Of a stretch of DNA of 64,000 bases, positions 14,351 to 26,132 are shown in pieces. Source of the stretch: Raillietiella orientalis. Lineage: Eukaryota. The DNA lies in the NCBI GenBank assembly GCA_036172245.1, contig JAYWIR010000018.1, positions 930,001-994,000 on the forward strand, written 5' to 3'. The notes under the pieces were generated by a model. It was given only the letters and a program-made list of their open reading frames with translations, ran no database searches and was not told where the DNA came from. Each line of letters begins with the position of its first letter. The stretch's first letter is position 1. Made by a program: the position numbers and the translations under genes.

Positions 14351-15779
14351 TACGGGTTTCCTTTCCATCCGTTTCCATCGCGACCGGAGGAAGAGATCCT
14401 ACAGAAGCCACAGGACCCGGCAATGCTTAGGGACACTTCGACGCACCGAAAGGCTTGCTTTTTGATGAGACCTGGAATTTTCTACCCCCGTCCTCCCTGT
14501 CCTTCTCTCCATTGCCAGAGACAATGGACGGCAAAGGGGAAGAGCCCTTCCGAAGGAGGGAACGTCCCAACAGTGACAGGGTTCGGCGACAGTCGATCCA
14601 ATCCTGCAGGGTGAACTTCAGCCCCGGTGAAATCGGAGTCAGCAGAGCTCAACGGCGCCTTCCGCGGTAACCCTCCGCTTGTGGCCCAACGCACAGGTGG
14701 CAGGGCTGCCATGGCTCCGTGATACCTAGAGCTTGAGTTCGGATGAACCCGAACATGGGGGAGATGTTGCTGTGCAACCGAAGGGTTTCTCTCACCAGGA
14801 GACCGCAGTAGCAGCAGCAACAGGCACCATACACCGCTGCTCGCTGACTCTGCTTTTGCTTTTTTAAGAAAATACGCTGGTGAGACCAAAGTATCTCTGG
14901 AAGTATTTATTTCTCATTTTTTTTTTTTTTTTTTTTCTACATTTGGTCCACATTTGGTGAGTGTATATGTGACTTTCTGAACTCTGAATTCTTGAGATCA
15001 ACGAAAGCTCTCTTCCCATTCCTCGCAGAGTTGAAAGGACAGGAAGAAAAGAAAAGAACAACTGCATAATCGGATCAGTGAATTACCAAAAGCTCCATTA
15101 AATGATAACAAATAAGAGTTAAGCTGGCGACGACTGAATTCGCAGGACTATACGAGAGACCATTAAAAACTTCTGGGAGGAGGAAACGAAGCAGGAAGGC
15201 AGGGCGTCCCAAAATACAGTCTTTGTCACGATTAGGGAAAAAAGAAAGGGACCAAAAAAATGCAACAAACAAGCATTTGTTTGTTTGTTTTATTTATTTA
15301 TTTTTTAAAAAAGAAGGGAAAGAAAGAATATGGAACAATGATTTTGTCTTTATTTATTTCTTTGGTTCAACTTGAACTGAGCACCTGATCAAAATGTAGA
15401 ATGCAAACTTTCCAAAAAAAAAAAAAAAACTTTTCTAGAAGTATTAAATATTCCACGTTATGTAACAAGAACGAGACTCTCGGTACGAGCACCAATTTCT
15501 CTTTTGCAATGGAACTTGCGACCCATAGCGGAATTTGGGCACAGCGTACCTTAACAACAATTATCACACGATCACTAGTTCGCCTACGACTCTCACCACC
15601 CACCCACCTAGCCACCGACAAGGTCCCCCCCCCCCCACACACACACACACTTCCTCTCCACTCGACCCACCCACTCTTCCTGGAAGCGCGCGGGCAGCTT
15701 CCCTCCCAGGCGGGAAGAGTCTGCCAAATTTTCGAAAAGACAAAAAGGAGCTGAGGGGCAATTCGGGCAGCACCACCGC

Positions 15780-18400
15780 GAATGGCTGCTTTGGCCTCAT
15801 CCCGAGGGTCGCAAAATCTCCCCTGCGACGTGTCTGGGATGGGCAAGGCGGAATTCGCGCTTGCCGTTGCCGCTTTGAAGGACCACCGCTTTCAGCAGCA
15901 GGTCTTCCGCCGCACTGATTGCAAGAAACCATCCGACGCGAAAGTGGAAGCTTTCGTGCAAACAAAAACGCGAAAATAAAATGAAAATAAAAAAAGTGCC
16001 GACAGTTTCAGTGCGATGCCTGGAACTCGCACGGATGGGCGCGGCGCTTCTCGCGTCAAGCGGTTCTCGTGGAGACAGCCTGAGCAAGAAGACGAAGGCA
16101 ACTCGTGAGCTCCGTACTCTTCCTTGCCACTATGATTGCTCACACTGCAGTCAGAACACCAAAGATTTGGATGCTTCGTACGTTTCCTGTTTCGAAAGAA
16201 CTCGAATCAGAAAGGGGGATCACAGTCATCATTCATCCCGCATCCATCCATCCGTCCTCTCGTTCACGCTGGACAAATTCCAGACGACGACGCTTCTGGT
16301 TCCCAGGGACCGCAATCATCACCATCGAAGAGTCCTGATGCTTTTTTCTCCTCGTGCCTCCTTTCCCTAGCGATTCCCTGCTCCACTTACTATGGGATTG
16401 TTCCTGAAACACGTATTGAGCTCATAGACACGGATAAATGTCCCTGCAACAACAACAACCCTTGAAGAACCCTTGAAGTTCATGTTTCAGCCATACAACC
16501 TATTCGCTAGCTTAGGCTCCTCAGACGGTCCTGAGGGTCCAGGCTTCTCCTGAGCAGAGGTGAGAGTATTTGCCTACCCTGGACAATCACATAGCACACG
16601 CAAAAAGACATCAAGTCTTCCCTCCATCAGCCACACATGTAAGAAGTATGCTGCGTACAGTGACCGCGCCACCGATCTGAATGCCTCCTATTACAAAACG
16701 GTGGGTATCGACCACTATTTCAATCATCCTTTGTGCACAAACAAGATCACCTGTTGGAACTCTCGAGGTGACTTTTGTGACCTATCAATGGATTTTCAAA
16801 GGCCTGATTGTTTTTCAGTTCCTCTCTCTCCCAAAAGACGCGCTTTTATCGAGCCAAATTCAGGTTTTGCAAATTCATGGAGAAGGCGACGTTCAACTCT
16901 CCACCTTGAGACGCTCTATTTTCCCCAGCAAAAGGCAGTACGAAGCACCTTCTATCCAAGCCAGGAGGACATCCGATGGTCAAGACTCTTCACTTTTCAT
17001 CTTGAGCGGCAGTGCCTGGATCATGGATTTTCTTACTTATCACTCACCATTCGCGACTATGGACAAGAAATGCTCGATTCGACCGCAGCGGACTTGGAAT
17101 CTCGGAAGACTTTCTTCGCCGAGAATTTCAGCATGGAGTGCATGCCACAGCTGATTACTTTTGATGTGCGCAGGATTTCTTCTCCGAGGGAACAGGACGA
17201 GGGACCTGCGCGAAGCTGGCAGACGCTCTTCTTGAATCCGGGGGGGGGGGCACCCTCAGGCTCCACGTCCGGCCGCCCGCGACAGCCTCCAGAAATGCTG
17301 TGGAATCTTCCCTGATACGCGCATTCCTATTCGATAATCACTCGGGCACCATAATCCGTGTATCTTGAACGGCCGGTTATCTTAATTTCACCCTTTCGGG
17401 CAAAGTCTGTTCGTTTCCTGAAGACCGAGGATCAATTCCTTGTTCACTGCCATGCGCCGCCGTGCGACCTGCTGTGCCCGACTCCGAAACCTCAGCGAAA
17501 AGGCGCCCTTTTGCTGTTAGACGGAAGAGCAAAAGGGCCAATGGAACTTTTAGTGCGACTGAGACCAACGCCAGAGCGGTGCTTTGGAGCATCGTAACGC
17601 AACTGTAAAAAATTTTGTGGACGCTGATGCAACACATCCGCAGGGAAGCATGTGGCATCTCACAACGGTTATCACGTCTCGAAGCACATGCGGGAACCCG
17701 GAAAAGGCAGTTCGAAAAATACGGAACACGACGAGGATGCTGCAGCTCTTGACCATCCTAGGAAATACTGCGCGGGGAATAATAAGGTGAGGCAGGTCTT
17801 GGTTGTTCCTCGGCAGCGTGATCTTCACGGATGCCAGAGTGGCCGACGCACCCTCCTCATCAGTTTCGCTCCCCTTTTCGACTCTTTTGGCCAGCCTCAC
17901 CGCTTGGGAACTGCTCGGAGGCCTGGAACCCTGCAGGACGTAGCGGCAAACTCGACCCTGAAAGAGCTTCCATGGGAAGCCCCACTGATGCAAAGCAGGG
18001 TGGTTCCACTAATGAGACTTTTTGTTCCTCGGCAGAAGCCCTTTATGGCCGGAATAATGGCGACGAAAGCTGTTCCCTGGGAAATTCGTTTGTTTTACGT
18101 GAGCTCCCGACGTCTTCCGTGCTGATGATGCGCGAATTGCAGCAACGACAGCAATCGGCGACTGCAAATGCCTGCTGCCTTAAATAAATCCCGGTGCTTA
18201 TTGGAGTTGCAGCTTCGAACGGTCAGGCGTCGCGAATCTGGAGGGCGATCAAGTTCAATGAACTGAATCCAACGCGGCACGTATGCTCCGATACCGGGAT
18301 CCAAGAGGGGAGGAAGAGGAAGCGCCAACGCATCCAACAGCAACCGTCAATCCTCATTCCCACTCCTCGTACAGGCACATGGCAACAGAAGCTGAGGATA
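15780..18400 (+). mobile_element. Decayed LINE: ORF1 knuckles plus AP-endonuclease region
   Basis: CSHCSQ...KGDHSHHS (gag-like knuckles); KITCWNSRG near 16745 (APE start, cf. I.SWN.RG); FFAENF (cf. .GDFN); HCHAP near 17447 (cf. SDH.P), all in the expected order. Confidence 0.55.
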
Positions 18401-18872
18401 TATATTGATTGACTGAAGAAATCTGACGCGCGCAAAGATGAGAAAACTGATTTTCTCCCTCCTCATCCTCCCGACGGTAGTCCTTACAGAGATACTAAAT
18501 GATAATGATAATAATTCCTGGTGCAGCAGCAAAGAGAAGTTGAGGGCCCGAAATGGAAATCCGTAGAAGGATGCAGAATAATGGTCATAAAGCATCGATG
18601 ATCAGGATGCCCCGCTTGACGTTTTCCCGTGTGCCGTGGATGCAGCAGGGGAGAAGGGGGAGGGAGGGAGGGAGGGAGGGGGGGGGAGGTTTCCTCAGCT
18701 ACAAACTTGCACGCTCCCGAATAAAAAGCTCTTCAGAGAGAGAGCATGACTCACTGCATTAAAGCAGATAACTGCGTAGATTCCTGATCAATGCGTTAAC
18801 CATGCGCACTGCTCAAACGTTACGGCTGGATAAACAAAGATAAGCCCACGAACCACAGGAATAAACAAACAT

Positions 18873-18878
18873 TTTATT
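18873..18878 (-). terminator. Polyadenylation signal, probably for brat
   Basis: TTTATT on the plus strand with GU-rich sequence downstream on the minus strand, at the edge between UTR-like and transposon-rich DNA. Confidence 0.6.
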
Positions 18879-20591
18879 GAATCTACATTTAATTAAAATA
18901 GCTTAACAAAGTATATGAAAGACATACAAAACTTTTTAGCAGTTTGCTAGGAGTACCTTGCAAGTTGAAATGTACATCATAACAGATTTGAAACGTGAAT
19001 AAAACGCGAGTACAAAAAACCGGTTAACCAATGTATCATCCTGACAATACTTATTTAAAAAAATACTCTGAAATCGAAGTCTCCCCTTTTATTTCAGTTC
19101 TCTGAATCTAAGATAAAAGTTTTTAGTAAACAATTCTTCACGTTAAGTACGATAAAAAAAAAGAAAAAAAAAGAAAAAAAAAAACAAAAAACAGGAAAGA
19201 AACAGAGCCATTGAGGAACAGAGCGATAACCACGTGATTCTCGCAAACGCGTACCAAAGGCAAATTTGTAAAAAGTGGTAAAAGGAAAAAAAAAAAAAAA
19301 AGGAAAAAAAACGTGGATAAACAAACAAGAATATTCTGACTAGTAAATAAGGAAACAGCAACAACATACCGTTAAAAAAAAAAAAAGAAAAAAAAAAAAA
19401 GAAAGAAAGAAAAAAAAAACTCCCGTAATTACTTGAAAAGAGGGCCAACCAAACTTTAAAAAAGCTCTTCCTAACCATACCTTCAATTTGATTTAAACAA
19501 GAAAAACTTCCAACTAGTACACAACATTCAGAAGTCTATCAACTACTCAACGTTAACCAAAAAACAGCTTCCCAGCTACAACAACGAAGATTTTCCAACT
19601 CTTGACCTTTGGCAGAACAGTCCAAACAGTCTCTTCCTCTCATATTTAATGTATTTCAACATTTGGAATGTTCACAAAACATGAGAAAAGGGGGAAAGAA
19701 AAGAAAACCCGGAAGCGAAACGAAACGTGTGTGTGTACACTGTTCACCGGAAGGAGGAAAAGAAAAAAAAAGTTTCCTTTTTCTTTTCTTTTTCTTTTTT
19801 CTTAGCAAAATCGTTCAGCATCACTTTCCGTCCACCACACACACACACACACACACCGCAGTGGACCCTCAGATAACGTCGACCGGCAGCACACCACCAC
19901 TTCTCTTGAAAACCTGGAAAACGCGCGCGCAAGAGTTCTTTTCCCTGACAGTTAACTCAAAACAGCAAACTTTTTTTTTTTTTTTTTTTGCAGGTGAGAA
20001 AATAAGGTCTTATCAAAACATTCTTTTAATATCTGCATACAAAACTAATTCTTTTCAGCTTCCTCAACATTATAGAACAGCAATAAAGAATATCCACTTA
20101 TCAGTTCTGCTTGTTCACAAAAATATATTTAAACTTTTAAAGACCACAAGAAATCTTCTGGAAGAATTCACAACCATCCAAATTCCACGTCACCGCAAGA
20201 AGGCAACAAGTACGACATCAGAAGAAAAAAAACACTGCGGTATTCCTCTCTGATGACGCAGCAAATGAGAAACAGTTCGTAATGATCAAAACACTCCCAA
20301 GGAGAACAAACCCAAAAGAGGAAGAGGAAGAGGGAAAAAAACACACACAGAGAGAGAGAGAATCTTAAATCAGTAACAATTTGATGATATGTTATGAGCA
20401 GAAACCTAAGCCAACAAACTTCTGAGTAATCTTCGTAAATCGAAAACTTTCAAAGCAACTGTACAGTCAACAGCAGCAAAGCAGCCACGTACTTATACAC
20501 AAGTCCACACACTTCCCAAGAAACATGTTTTCCATGAATGGATTCCGTTAGTATACCATGATGAGACAATAACATTCAAGAAATTCTTGTT

Positions 20592-20745
20592 TATACACAC
20601 ACACACACACACATATACATATATATATATATATGCATATACATACATACATACACATATATATATGTGTATATATACATACATACATACATGCACACAT
20701 ATATATATATGTATACAAACCACACACACAGCTGTATATATATAA
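20592..20745. repeat. Compound (CA)/(TA)/(CATA) microsatellite within the putative brat 3' UTR
   Basis: Alternating purine-pyrimidine tract visible directly. Confidence 0.92.
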
Positions 20746-21096
20746 ACATCATCGTCAAGCATGTTCACAGTAAAAAAAAAAAAAAAAATTCAATTTTACA
20801 AACCCAGTTTTCCTCTTGGGGGCTGGGGAAGTGGGGAAAACAAAGAAGAAAAAAAAAACGGGAACGAACCAATTCTTCAGAACGCAACAACAACCTAGGT
20901 CCACAAAGATGCACTTCTCTGAACACCACTATTCACGAAACCAACTTTAAGTAATACTGATGCAATGACTAGTTTGTCTGAGGTATGCAGGCTACTTCTG
21001 AGGGGTTGAATAGGGTATACAACAGATTTTTTTTTTTTTCGGATAGCGATTTTACATAACTGAAGTTAATCAGGCAAACAGAAACATAAAACAAAT

Positions 21097-23493
21097 CTAT
21101 AGGGGGCCCAAGGAAGGTACCTGAACGTAACGATAAATGTACAGACGATAGTCCTTACTGGCCAAAACAACGGATCCATCATCTGTTAGGGCTACATCAA
21201 AACACTGTGCATGTTTAACCTTTGATTCGAGGGCACCTACTAACTGTCCATCCTGGGTGAAGATGGTCAGGTTGAAATTGTTATGGTTGTCGGCCACGAG
21301 GATCTCCCCGGACGAATTCAAACCTACTCCAATCGGATAATTGGTGATTCCCTCTCCTCCGATCTGTCGAAGGTAGGTGCCCTCGTAATTGAAAACTTTG
21401 ACACAATGAGCTCGGTTATCACTGATAAATATTTCTTGGCGATCGTTGACGACCACACCGTTGGGAAATTCTAAATGCCTCGAGCAGCCGAACTTGTGAA
21501 GCATCTCTCCCAGCTGATCGAAAATGAGCACTCGCATAACCTTGCACTCGACGACCACAATCCTTCCACGAGGGTCCACACAGACGCCTCGGGGATGCTG
21601 CAGAACGTTGGCGCCAAACTTTCGTACAAACTGCCCGTACTGATTGTACAGCTGCACTTGATGGGTGGGCGCACGTTCCGTCACTACGATGTCTCCGGAC
21701 GAACGGATCGCAGACACACGGTTCGGGTACAGCAGCTGTCCATCTCTTTTACCACATTCTCCGAACTGGAACTTAAAACGTCCCTCTCTATCAAACACTT
21801 GTATTCGATGGTTGTTGGTGTCGGCAACCAGGATGTCGCCATGGGGAGTGACGGCCACCCCACTAGGTTCCGTGAACTGTCCTTCCACGACGCCAAATTC
21901 ACCGAATTTGCAGTGGTAAGTCATCTTCTGACGTTTCAGAGGCAGTGATGTCGGCAAAGGATTTTTCGCCAGGGAGATCAATGGGCCACATTTCAACTTT
22001 GAATGCAGATCAAGCACGGGATTGGGTTGCGTTGGTGCGAACGAGTCAAACAAACTATCGGGACCACCGCTGGACCACTTTTCGTACGGGCTGATGTGAG
22101 GCAGTGGTATATCTGCCAGGGAACTCACTAATGACGACGTTGACAGATTTGTTGGAGAACTAAATCTTTTTATGAGATTCGAATCGCCTTCGAAAGGGGA
22201 GATACGTCCGTTGATGTGATTTCGTTCACCATTGGTCAACAAGGTTGTCGTTGTTCCGACAGACGGACGGGCGATTGGTGGCTGTTTTCCATTAGTTCCG
22301 GGAGGATCGGGGGACGCTCGAATGTACCCAAAAGTATTGCGAACTCCGGCCTGGATCGCCTGGTAGTTGGACACGAATTCTAAATCTCCGGCAGAGGGCA
22401 GAGCGGGGTCCGGGCTGAACGCGAGCGCGGGAGCAAGCCGAGCATCCACGATGCCTTTGAAGACGAGGGTTTCGGCTCCGGACGAGTACCGTTTCATCCG
22501 ATCCACGAAATTTGCGGAATGGTGGATGCGCCCTATTGCTTCGTGCACTCTTTCCGCAAGCAGGGCCAGTGCGGACTGCTTGGCGTTGTGCACGCTCTCC
22601 AGCTCTGCCAGCAGCTCCACGCGCCTTTCCTCCACGGCCGTCTTGTAGAAACGGAAAGTATCCTCGATCTCGGCCTGCGCCCGCGAGAAGTGATTTCCCA
22701 GCTTGGCCGCGACGTGCTCCACCGCCTTCAGTGCTCCCCGGAGCTCCGAAGCCTTCTTGTGCCCTTCGGATATCAGCTGCGAAAGTAACTCGAGTTGCCT
22801 GGGAGCGACCTCGGCCAAATATTCGTATTCGTGGATGCCCTTTGGATGTTCCAGCACGGTGCACTCCTTGCAAATGGGCGCGTTGCACGTGCGGCAGAAA
22901 TAACGCAGGGATTCGTTCTTGTGACGCGGACAAACGGGACAGCGCTCCCCTCCCGACAGCCGTGCGCTGGCAGCAGTGGTAGCAGCAGCAGCAGCAGCTG
23001 CAGCAGCAGCGTCTTCCTTTTCGTTTAGAGGCAACACGCGATGCCCTTCGAAGCAGTGCATGAACTGGTGCGCCATCACGCAATTGGCGCAGAGAAAATT
23101 GGCGCAATCGTAGCAACGTGCAACGGCATTTGATTCCTTGCTCTTGCAGCTCGTGCAATTCAAACTGGAGTCAGTTCCACCGCCCTGCTCGAGGGCATTT
23201 ATGACTGCATAATCACTGGGGAGTCCAGGTACTCCGAGAGAAGGAAGCACACACTCGCTGCGACAAGTGGGACAGGGGAAGCGGTTTCCGTGTTGTAGCT
23301 GTTGCTTTTCCAGACAGGACTGGCAGAATGTATGTAAGCAACACAGAACCTTCGGGAACGTTAATGTCTCCTGACACAATGGGCACTTCGTGCTGAATAA
23401 TTCAAAGTCGCCGTTGCGGCTGATGGGCTCATCTAGAGTAAAAACGCTTGAGTTGGAATCCAGAGATAATGCAGGAGACAACATGACACGCAT
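21097..23493 (-). CDS. brat: Brain tumor (Brat) TRIM-NHL protein, 798 aa, single coding exon
   Basis: RING C37-C77 (CPLC...CCLHTFCQSC...CPTC). B-box1 CTSCKSKESNAVARCYDCANFLCANCVMAHQFMHCFEGH; B-box2 CPRHKNESLRYFCRTCNAPICKEC; coiled coil. The C-terminal NHL region (KRQKMTYHCKFGEFGVVEGQFTEPSGVAV...LASKDYRLYIYRY) closely matches Drosophila Brat as I recall it. An in-frame TAA four codons upstream of the ATG fixes the start at 23493 (or the next Met, 23484). Confidence 0.97.
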   Translation of the reverse strand: MRVMLSPALSLDSNSSVFTLDEPISRNGDFELFSTKCPLCQETLTFPKVLCCLHTFCQSCLEKQQLQHGNRFPCPTCRSECVLPSLGVPGLPSDYAVINALEQGGGTDSSLNCTSCKSKESNAVARCYDCANFLCANCVMAHQFMHCFEGHRVLPLNEKEDAAAAAAAAAATTAASARLSGGERCPVCPRHKNESLRYFCRTCNAPICKECTVLEHPKGIHEYEYLAEVAPRQLELLSQLISEGHKKASELRGALKAVEHVAAKLGNHFSRAQAEIEDTFRFYKTAVEERRVELLAELESVHNAKQSALALLAERVHEAIGRIHHSANFVDRMKRYSSGAETLVFKGIVDARLAPALAFSPDPALPSAGDLEFVSNYQAIQAGVRNTFGYIRASPDPPGTNGKQPPIARPSVGTTTTLLTNGERNHINGRISPFEGDSNLIKRFSSPTNLSTSSLVSSLADIPLPHISPYEKWSSGGPDSLFDSFAPTQPNPVLDLHSKLKCGPLISLAKNPLPTSLPLKRQKMTYHCKFGEFGVVEGQFTEPSGVAVTPHGDILVADTNNHRIQVFDREGRFKFQFGECGKRDGQLLYPNRVSAIRSSGDIVVTERAPTHQVQLYNQYGQFVRKFGANVLQHPRGVCVDPRGRIVVVECKVMRVLIFDQLGEMLHKFGCSRHLEFPNGVVVNDRQEIFISDNRAHCVKVFNYEGTYLRQIGGEGITNYPIGVGLNSSGEILVADNHNNFNLTIFTQDGQLVGALESKVKHAQCFDVALTDDGSVVLASKDYRLYIYRYVQVPSLGPL

Positions 23494-23507
23494 TCCAAGA
23501 AATTATT

Positions 23508-23525
23508 CTGCAAGGAAAAACAGTA
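23508..23525 (-). other. brat: Splice acceptor for the brat coding exon; exon begins at 23507, 14 nt before the ATG
   Basis: Minus strand reads ...ctgtttttccttgcag|AATAATTTCTTGGAATG, a pyrimidine tract followed by CAG. Confidence 0.8.
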
Positions 23526-25126
23526 TCTGACAATTGCGTAGAGCTGACTTTAATACTTTTAAATGTGCATGCTGAAGACATTGTAATCACTGAGCAAGAA
23601 AACAAAACAAAACAAAACAAAAACAACAACAGAAAACAAACACAAACAAAAAAAAAACACACACACACACACACACGAAAACCTGGCAATTCGGGAAGTG
23701 TCCGTCACAAACAGTGTTTAACAGGCAGCCAAGATTTGACGAAAGGTGTACACAAAAACAACACAAGAGGGACGGAAGTCAGGTGAATTTTGCGTGGATG
23801 GATCGCGTACTTATCGCAACAAGATTTACGTACACAGAAAAGGGGGGGGGGGGGAAAGATGGGTGAGAAATTCTGTTATTCACTGTCACTTTAGAGAGGT
23901 AAGCAGGAATATTATCAGTATGCGTTCTATAAAGATTCCAGAGGACGAGGAGGAGGAGGAGGAGAAAAGCAATTTAGAGAATCGGAGTGTACGGACTTTA
24001 TTGACTTTGATATCGAATACAAACCTTTCAGTTAGGTCCCTCGGCTTAACTGAATACGGGTAACGTATTAATCTTACAGATGGTCATTCTAATAATTATG
24101 CTCACTACCGATTACATTATACTGTTTCCTGACGTTTGTTTGAATTTTATGTAACTTAAAAGCACATAGTACACCACACAACAACTCTTTCATTAGAAAA
24201 TTCATAAACTATTATGAAATTTAGTATTCCTTTACTATGACAAGTACTTGACTGAAAAACAACAAAAAAATGCAGATTATTGATCAATGAATGCAAACCA
24301 TCCGAACAAAAGTGATCAATGAAAAAGGCAATCTTTCAAGGAAATGACGATTCATGAATTTCAGCACACTCTGGCAGGTCACGGTCATGAGCTGTTCGCG
24401 GACACCTCGAACGGGCAGACCCCTGCGCGCCCGTGGAGCAGGAAATGAAGCAGGAACGAGGGGGGGGGGGGACGGAGGAGTTTGTGCTTGTGTACAAGCC
24501 CCTCACTTTGTACACGAGCGCTCAAATGAAGTGACCTACGAGCTGCTCGTTACCGTGACGTTGCAGGACAGATCAGCACATTCCGGAGCCCTCACACACA
24601 CCTCTTCTGAGGGGAGCAAAAAAAAAAACACACACACACACAAAGGACAGACACAGAGCAAAGTGTTGAGAGTTCCTACAAAAGCAGAATGGATTTTGCT
24701 TTCCGGTCGCTGCCGGCAGAAATTGGAGACAAATTCTCAGTTTGATGGTTGCACTTCCCTCCTCTCCCTGGACGTCCCGTTTGCTCGCTATCCGATGTGT
24801 CATTGATGACATTGATCAGGGAAAAGTATATGCTCCAGCTGCCATTATCCGTTCGCACCTCCATCCGCCTGCTCATTCCGATTCTCTTGCAAACGGAAAA
24901 GCACATCTGATTTTGCTGGGTGCGCGAACATTTGCATTTTCGCAAACCAAGAAGACTCCGCTTGCACATCTTCTGGTTAAGCGGGCACGGATCTTCCCTC
25001 ATCTTCCTTTTCTTTCCTTCCTTCCTTGCAGCATCGCAAGCAATGCCAATATCGTGGCAGTAGTAATAATCCAATCAGAAAATGTTTGCAGATGTAAAAC
25101 ATCAATTCAACTCTGCCAGATGCAAA

Positions 25127-25128
<2 letters not shown>

Positions 25129-25180
<52 letters not shown>
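25129..25180. repeat. (AC)26 microsatellite
   Basis: Perfect dinucleotide run. Confidence 0.97.
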
Positions 25181-25182
<2 letters not shown>

Positions 25183-26088
25183 TTCTTCCAGGAATTTTGA
25201 GGGCATTTTTTCCATGCAGTTAGCAAAAGTCAAAGTTCAAGCGGATGAATAAACATCCAATCTACATGAATGAATGAATGTCTTCATTAATTTTTGTTCC
25301 CTCTGAGTGAGAAAATTCACCTCAATCAGTAAAGCTCAGCCTCACAGTAAACCCCTCGGAAATTTACGTAATTTGCTTAATTTTTGGTCAGAAATTCCCA
25401 AGCGATTATTATCCATCAGCTGAGGAGCATGCAAATAAAAGAACATGCAAATAACAGCTGAGAGAAAAGGAGGGGGGGAAGGGGGGAAGAGGGGGGGGGG
25501 GGTGAGAGACAGGCAAAAAAAGAAAAAAAGAAAGAAAGAAAAAGGAAACTTTTGGCGAATCTGATTACAGGGAAGAATCGTTCCACGGCGACACAAAATC
25601 GAACGGGCATCACCGAAAGTACCCGATATGGAATACGAAGGAGATGGGAGCACTGATTTTCGCAGAAGGAAATGATCACGGGAGATGAGGAGGAGGAGGA
25701 GGAGAGAGCACTCTCATTAATCTCGTGCCGTGCCTCGCTTGGCAATGAACTACAAAAAACGACCACCCCCACCACCACAGGCAATCCCATCGTCCAAGAG
25801 GGAATGCATCCCCCCCCCCCCCCACGGAAAAATTTTGAATGAAATTTTATACAAAAAAAAAACTTTCCGCAAGAAGAAGAATGCAAATAAATTTTCGAGC
25901 AGCCCTTTTTTATTTTCTCATTTCCGTTTTTATATGTAAGCATTAATGTGGATACGAGGGCACCTGATCGCTTAATGAACTCGAAAACTCTTGCTCCACA
26001 ACCACGAAAGATTCCCTCGCTAGGGTTACTTTGGAGTCACATGAAAGTATTCGGGCTGATTCGATAAACACAACTTTGTTTACAGTCT

Positions 26089-26090
<2 letters not shown>

Positions 26091-26129
<39 letters not shown>
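26091..26129. repeat. T39 homopolymer
   Basis: Longest mononucleotide run seen in the window. Confidence 0.95.

Positions 26130-26132
<3 letters not shown>

Larger units (their letters stand above)
18855..21096 (-). other. brat: Putative brat 3' UTR (~2.2 kb)
   Basis: U-rich, transposon-free stretch after the stop codon. Ends at a minus-strand AATAAA (18873-18878) followed by a GU/U-rich downstream element (tgtttgtttattcctgtggttcgtg). Confidence 0.65.

Noticed and set aside
16560..17315. 251-aa ORF as a host gene
   Set aside because: Contains only degenerate AP-endonuclease motifs of a LINE, with catalytic motifs eroded.
20672..20679. Pumilio element UGUAUAUA in the brat 3' UTR
   Set aside because: Lies inside the TA/CA microsatellite, where the match arises automatically.
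21283..23158. Overlapping and antisense ORFs within brat (e.g. 288 aa at 22292-23158)
   Set aside because: Shadow frames of a GC-rich CDS with no recognisable motifs.
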